DNA of 64,000 bases from Paraphysomonas bandaiensis (lineage: Eukaryota > Protista > Chrysophyceae), in assembly GCA_965644295.1 (NCBI GenBank), contig CBFFRP010000432.1:372001-436000 (forward strand), in the 5' to 3' direction. A program made the translations under genes and the position numbers. Of this stretch, positions 62,340-64,000 are shown one piece after another (the stretch's first letter is position 1; each line of letters starts with the position of its first letter). The notes under the pieces are model-generated. The model was not told the DNA's origin, made no database searches, and saw nothing but the letters and a program-made list of their open reading frames with translations.

Positions 62340-63574
62340 CTTCATAGTTTTTAGAGCCACAGCTGGCATATTAATCCACATGCTGTGTCATAACGTTTTC
62401 AACAGCTTCCCACCACTCCGTAGATGCCGATGTCGTTTAAAGCCCTCCTTCGATAAGGCCATTGTGAAGATTTAGAATGGTTACGAGGACTTTTTGACTC
62501 GTCATGAGAGAGAAGTAGTTACGAGATTTCGAACGGATGCAGAAGAAGCTGAATCACTGGATAGGACCGTCGAAGTGACAAATGTAAAAAGCGCTGCTGC
62601 TGCATTTGAACGACACAGAGCCACCATATTGAAAGTCTTATTACTAGCAATAGGCGTTAAAAACCTGCACTAACTTAGTAGCTAGAGGAATGCTAGACAA
62701 ACTAGTTAGACCTCTACCTGTAACTAATTAGTACACACTTTTTTATCCTACTATTTAACGCTACGGAAGCTGCTTGTGCGTTCGCCGCAAGCACCAAGGT
62801 GCGACCACTTCCGCTCTGAGTTCTTAAGGTGAACATCCCGGATGCTTGACTTCAGCAGGCAGCCCAATACCCCGGTTACCCTTCAGGTGGGCCCTGTCCC
62901 GGATGCCCTTGAGGTGGACCCATTCCCGGATGCCTGTTTATTCGTCAGGGCCCAAAGACGTCTACACAAGTAACACTTATTGGTGTCCCTTGTACCACAC
63001 AAGCATTCGGCTATGAGTGGGCAGAAGAATATCTGCTGACTATGTTTGCGGCTCACGTTAGTTTCCCAGAAAAATAACTCCGGTACTTATCCCCCAGAAC
63101 ACCACGAAAAGGTGCAAGTCCGACTTTGTTGAGGGCAGAGCCACCAAGAAATTACCACCAGAGCTTGACACTCACTATAGATCGACCAAGCACATATGTT
63201 TACTACAACTAATGTTGTAGAGCAATTGTTCAGCAGAGCCATGACGCACTTGCCATAAGGAATGTCCCCACGACGCCTCGAACTGCTGTTCTCCCTTCGC
63301 TTCAACAAGCACTTGTGGACCGCAAAGACAGTACAATAGGTCATTGATGATGGGCCGTCTGATCATGACGAGAATGAGGATGAAAGTTACGAAGATTTGG
63401 AATACTTAGAGTACTAGTTGCTGCATTGTTATTTGGTATTCATTATCATTTTTTCTTCATAGCGCCCAATATGTATCAATATATTGCAACATATTTATTA
63501 ATTATTATTGGCCTTTAAAATATTATTATTCTTATTTATTTTCTTAGCTGCCAATATATTGTTATCGCCCCCTG
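62340..63574 (+). pseudogene. Degenerate hAT transposase 3' half with right TIR, interrupted by a retroposon
   Basis: DADVV*SP/SFDKAIVKI*NG..LTRHERE and the hAT dimerisation domain TTNVVEQLFSRA..MSPRRLELL..LRFNKHLW. Stop at 63417. TIR-like CAATATATTGTTATCGCCCCCTG ends at 63574. Left boundary is approximate. Confidence 0.75.
62627..63135 (-). mobile_element. 509-bp SINE-like insertion of the GACTTTCAATA-ended family
   Basis: Perfect 11-bp TSD CAGAGCCACCA (62616-62626 and 63136-63146). Removing it restores the hAT reading frame (ERHRATKKLPP). Confidence 0.92.
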
Positions 63575-64000
63575 ACTACAGAAACCCGAAGCCATTAGCG
63601 TGAATCCGAGCCACGTGTACGGTATGTAAGTATTATGTAGTATTTGTAACTAACACTTTTCATATCTGTGAATCGGGTATTTATATAATAACGACAAAAA
63701 TAAATTGAATATCAAAACGAATGTTTTGTATATATACAAATCAGGCGCAATTAACTTGACCAGTTAGTATGAACTTTCTATCGACTAAAAGGGAAAATAT
63801 ACCACATATCCACACGTGACCAACAGTGTTATAATAATATATATTCATCACCATGCCACATATTCTACTCGTGATTACTGGGAGGAGTTGCTCAACACTC
63901 AACAGATCTATGCAGCAATAGGAGAGTGATATGCCACTTTGCTATGTGTTGGACCTATTATACGATACTGAACTAAAACACTGTCCAGTGGAACCAGTAT

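Overview
Gene-dense eukaryotic nuclear DNA with short (~50 nt) GT-AG introns and many head-to-head gene pairs. The gene set (class II PRPP synthetase, CDPK, oomycete-like hAT remnant) suggests a stramenopile-type protist; this is inference only. About 20 host genes are readable: PP6 catalytic subunit, ESS2, RsuA/RluB-like pseudouridine synthase, scramblase, PRS, SDR, SPRYD7, MDR oxidoreductase, NAD(H) kinase, an EF-hand protein, CDPK, a coiled-coil protein, LTA4H, an IQ/TPR protein, SWI3/SMARCC, a DnaJ protein, eIF4A3, AK6, an EXPERA protein and an FABP-like protein. The accessory content is the more interesting part: (i) a dispersed family of short retroposon-like insertions sharing a ~180-nt covarying structured core and a fixed non-poly(A) end (GACTTTCAATA) but with unrelated 5' parts and 8-13 bp target-site duplications; (ii) two ~0.9-kb-arm inverted duplications whose breakpoints sit at (TACA)n arrays; (iii) a 4.1-kb pogo-like DD38D transposon with an apparently intact transposase and a probable copia-integrase relic inside; (iv) an intronless F-box plus 16 x 29-aa ankyrin-like gene that varies at DARPin-like positions; (v) hAT and Tc1/mariner MITEs and a hAT pseudogene; (vi) a recurring ATACAGCAGT motif about 100-210 bp upstream of many start codons. 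All alignments were done by eye and no databases were searched.
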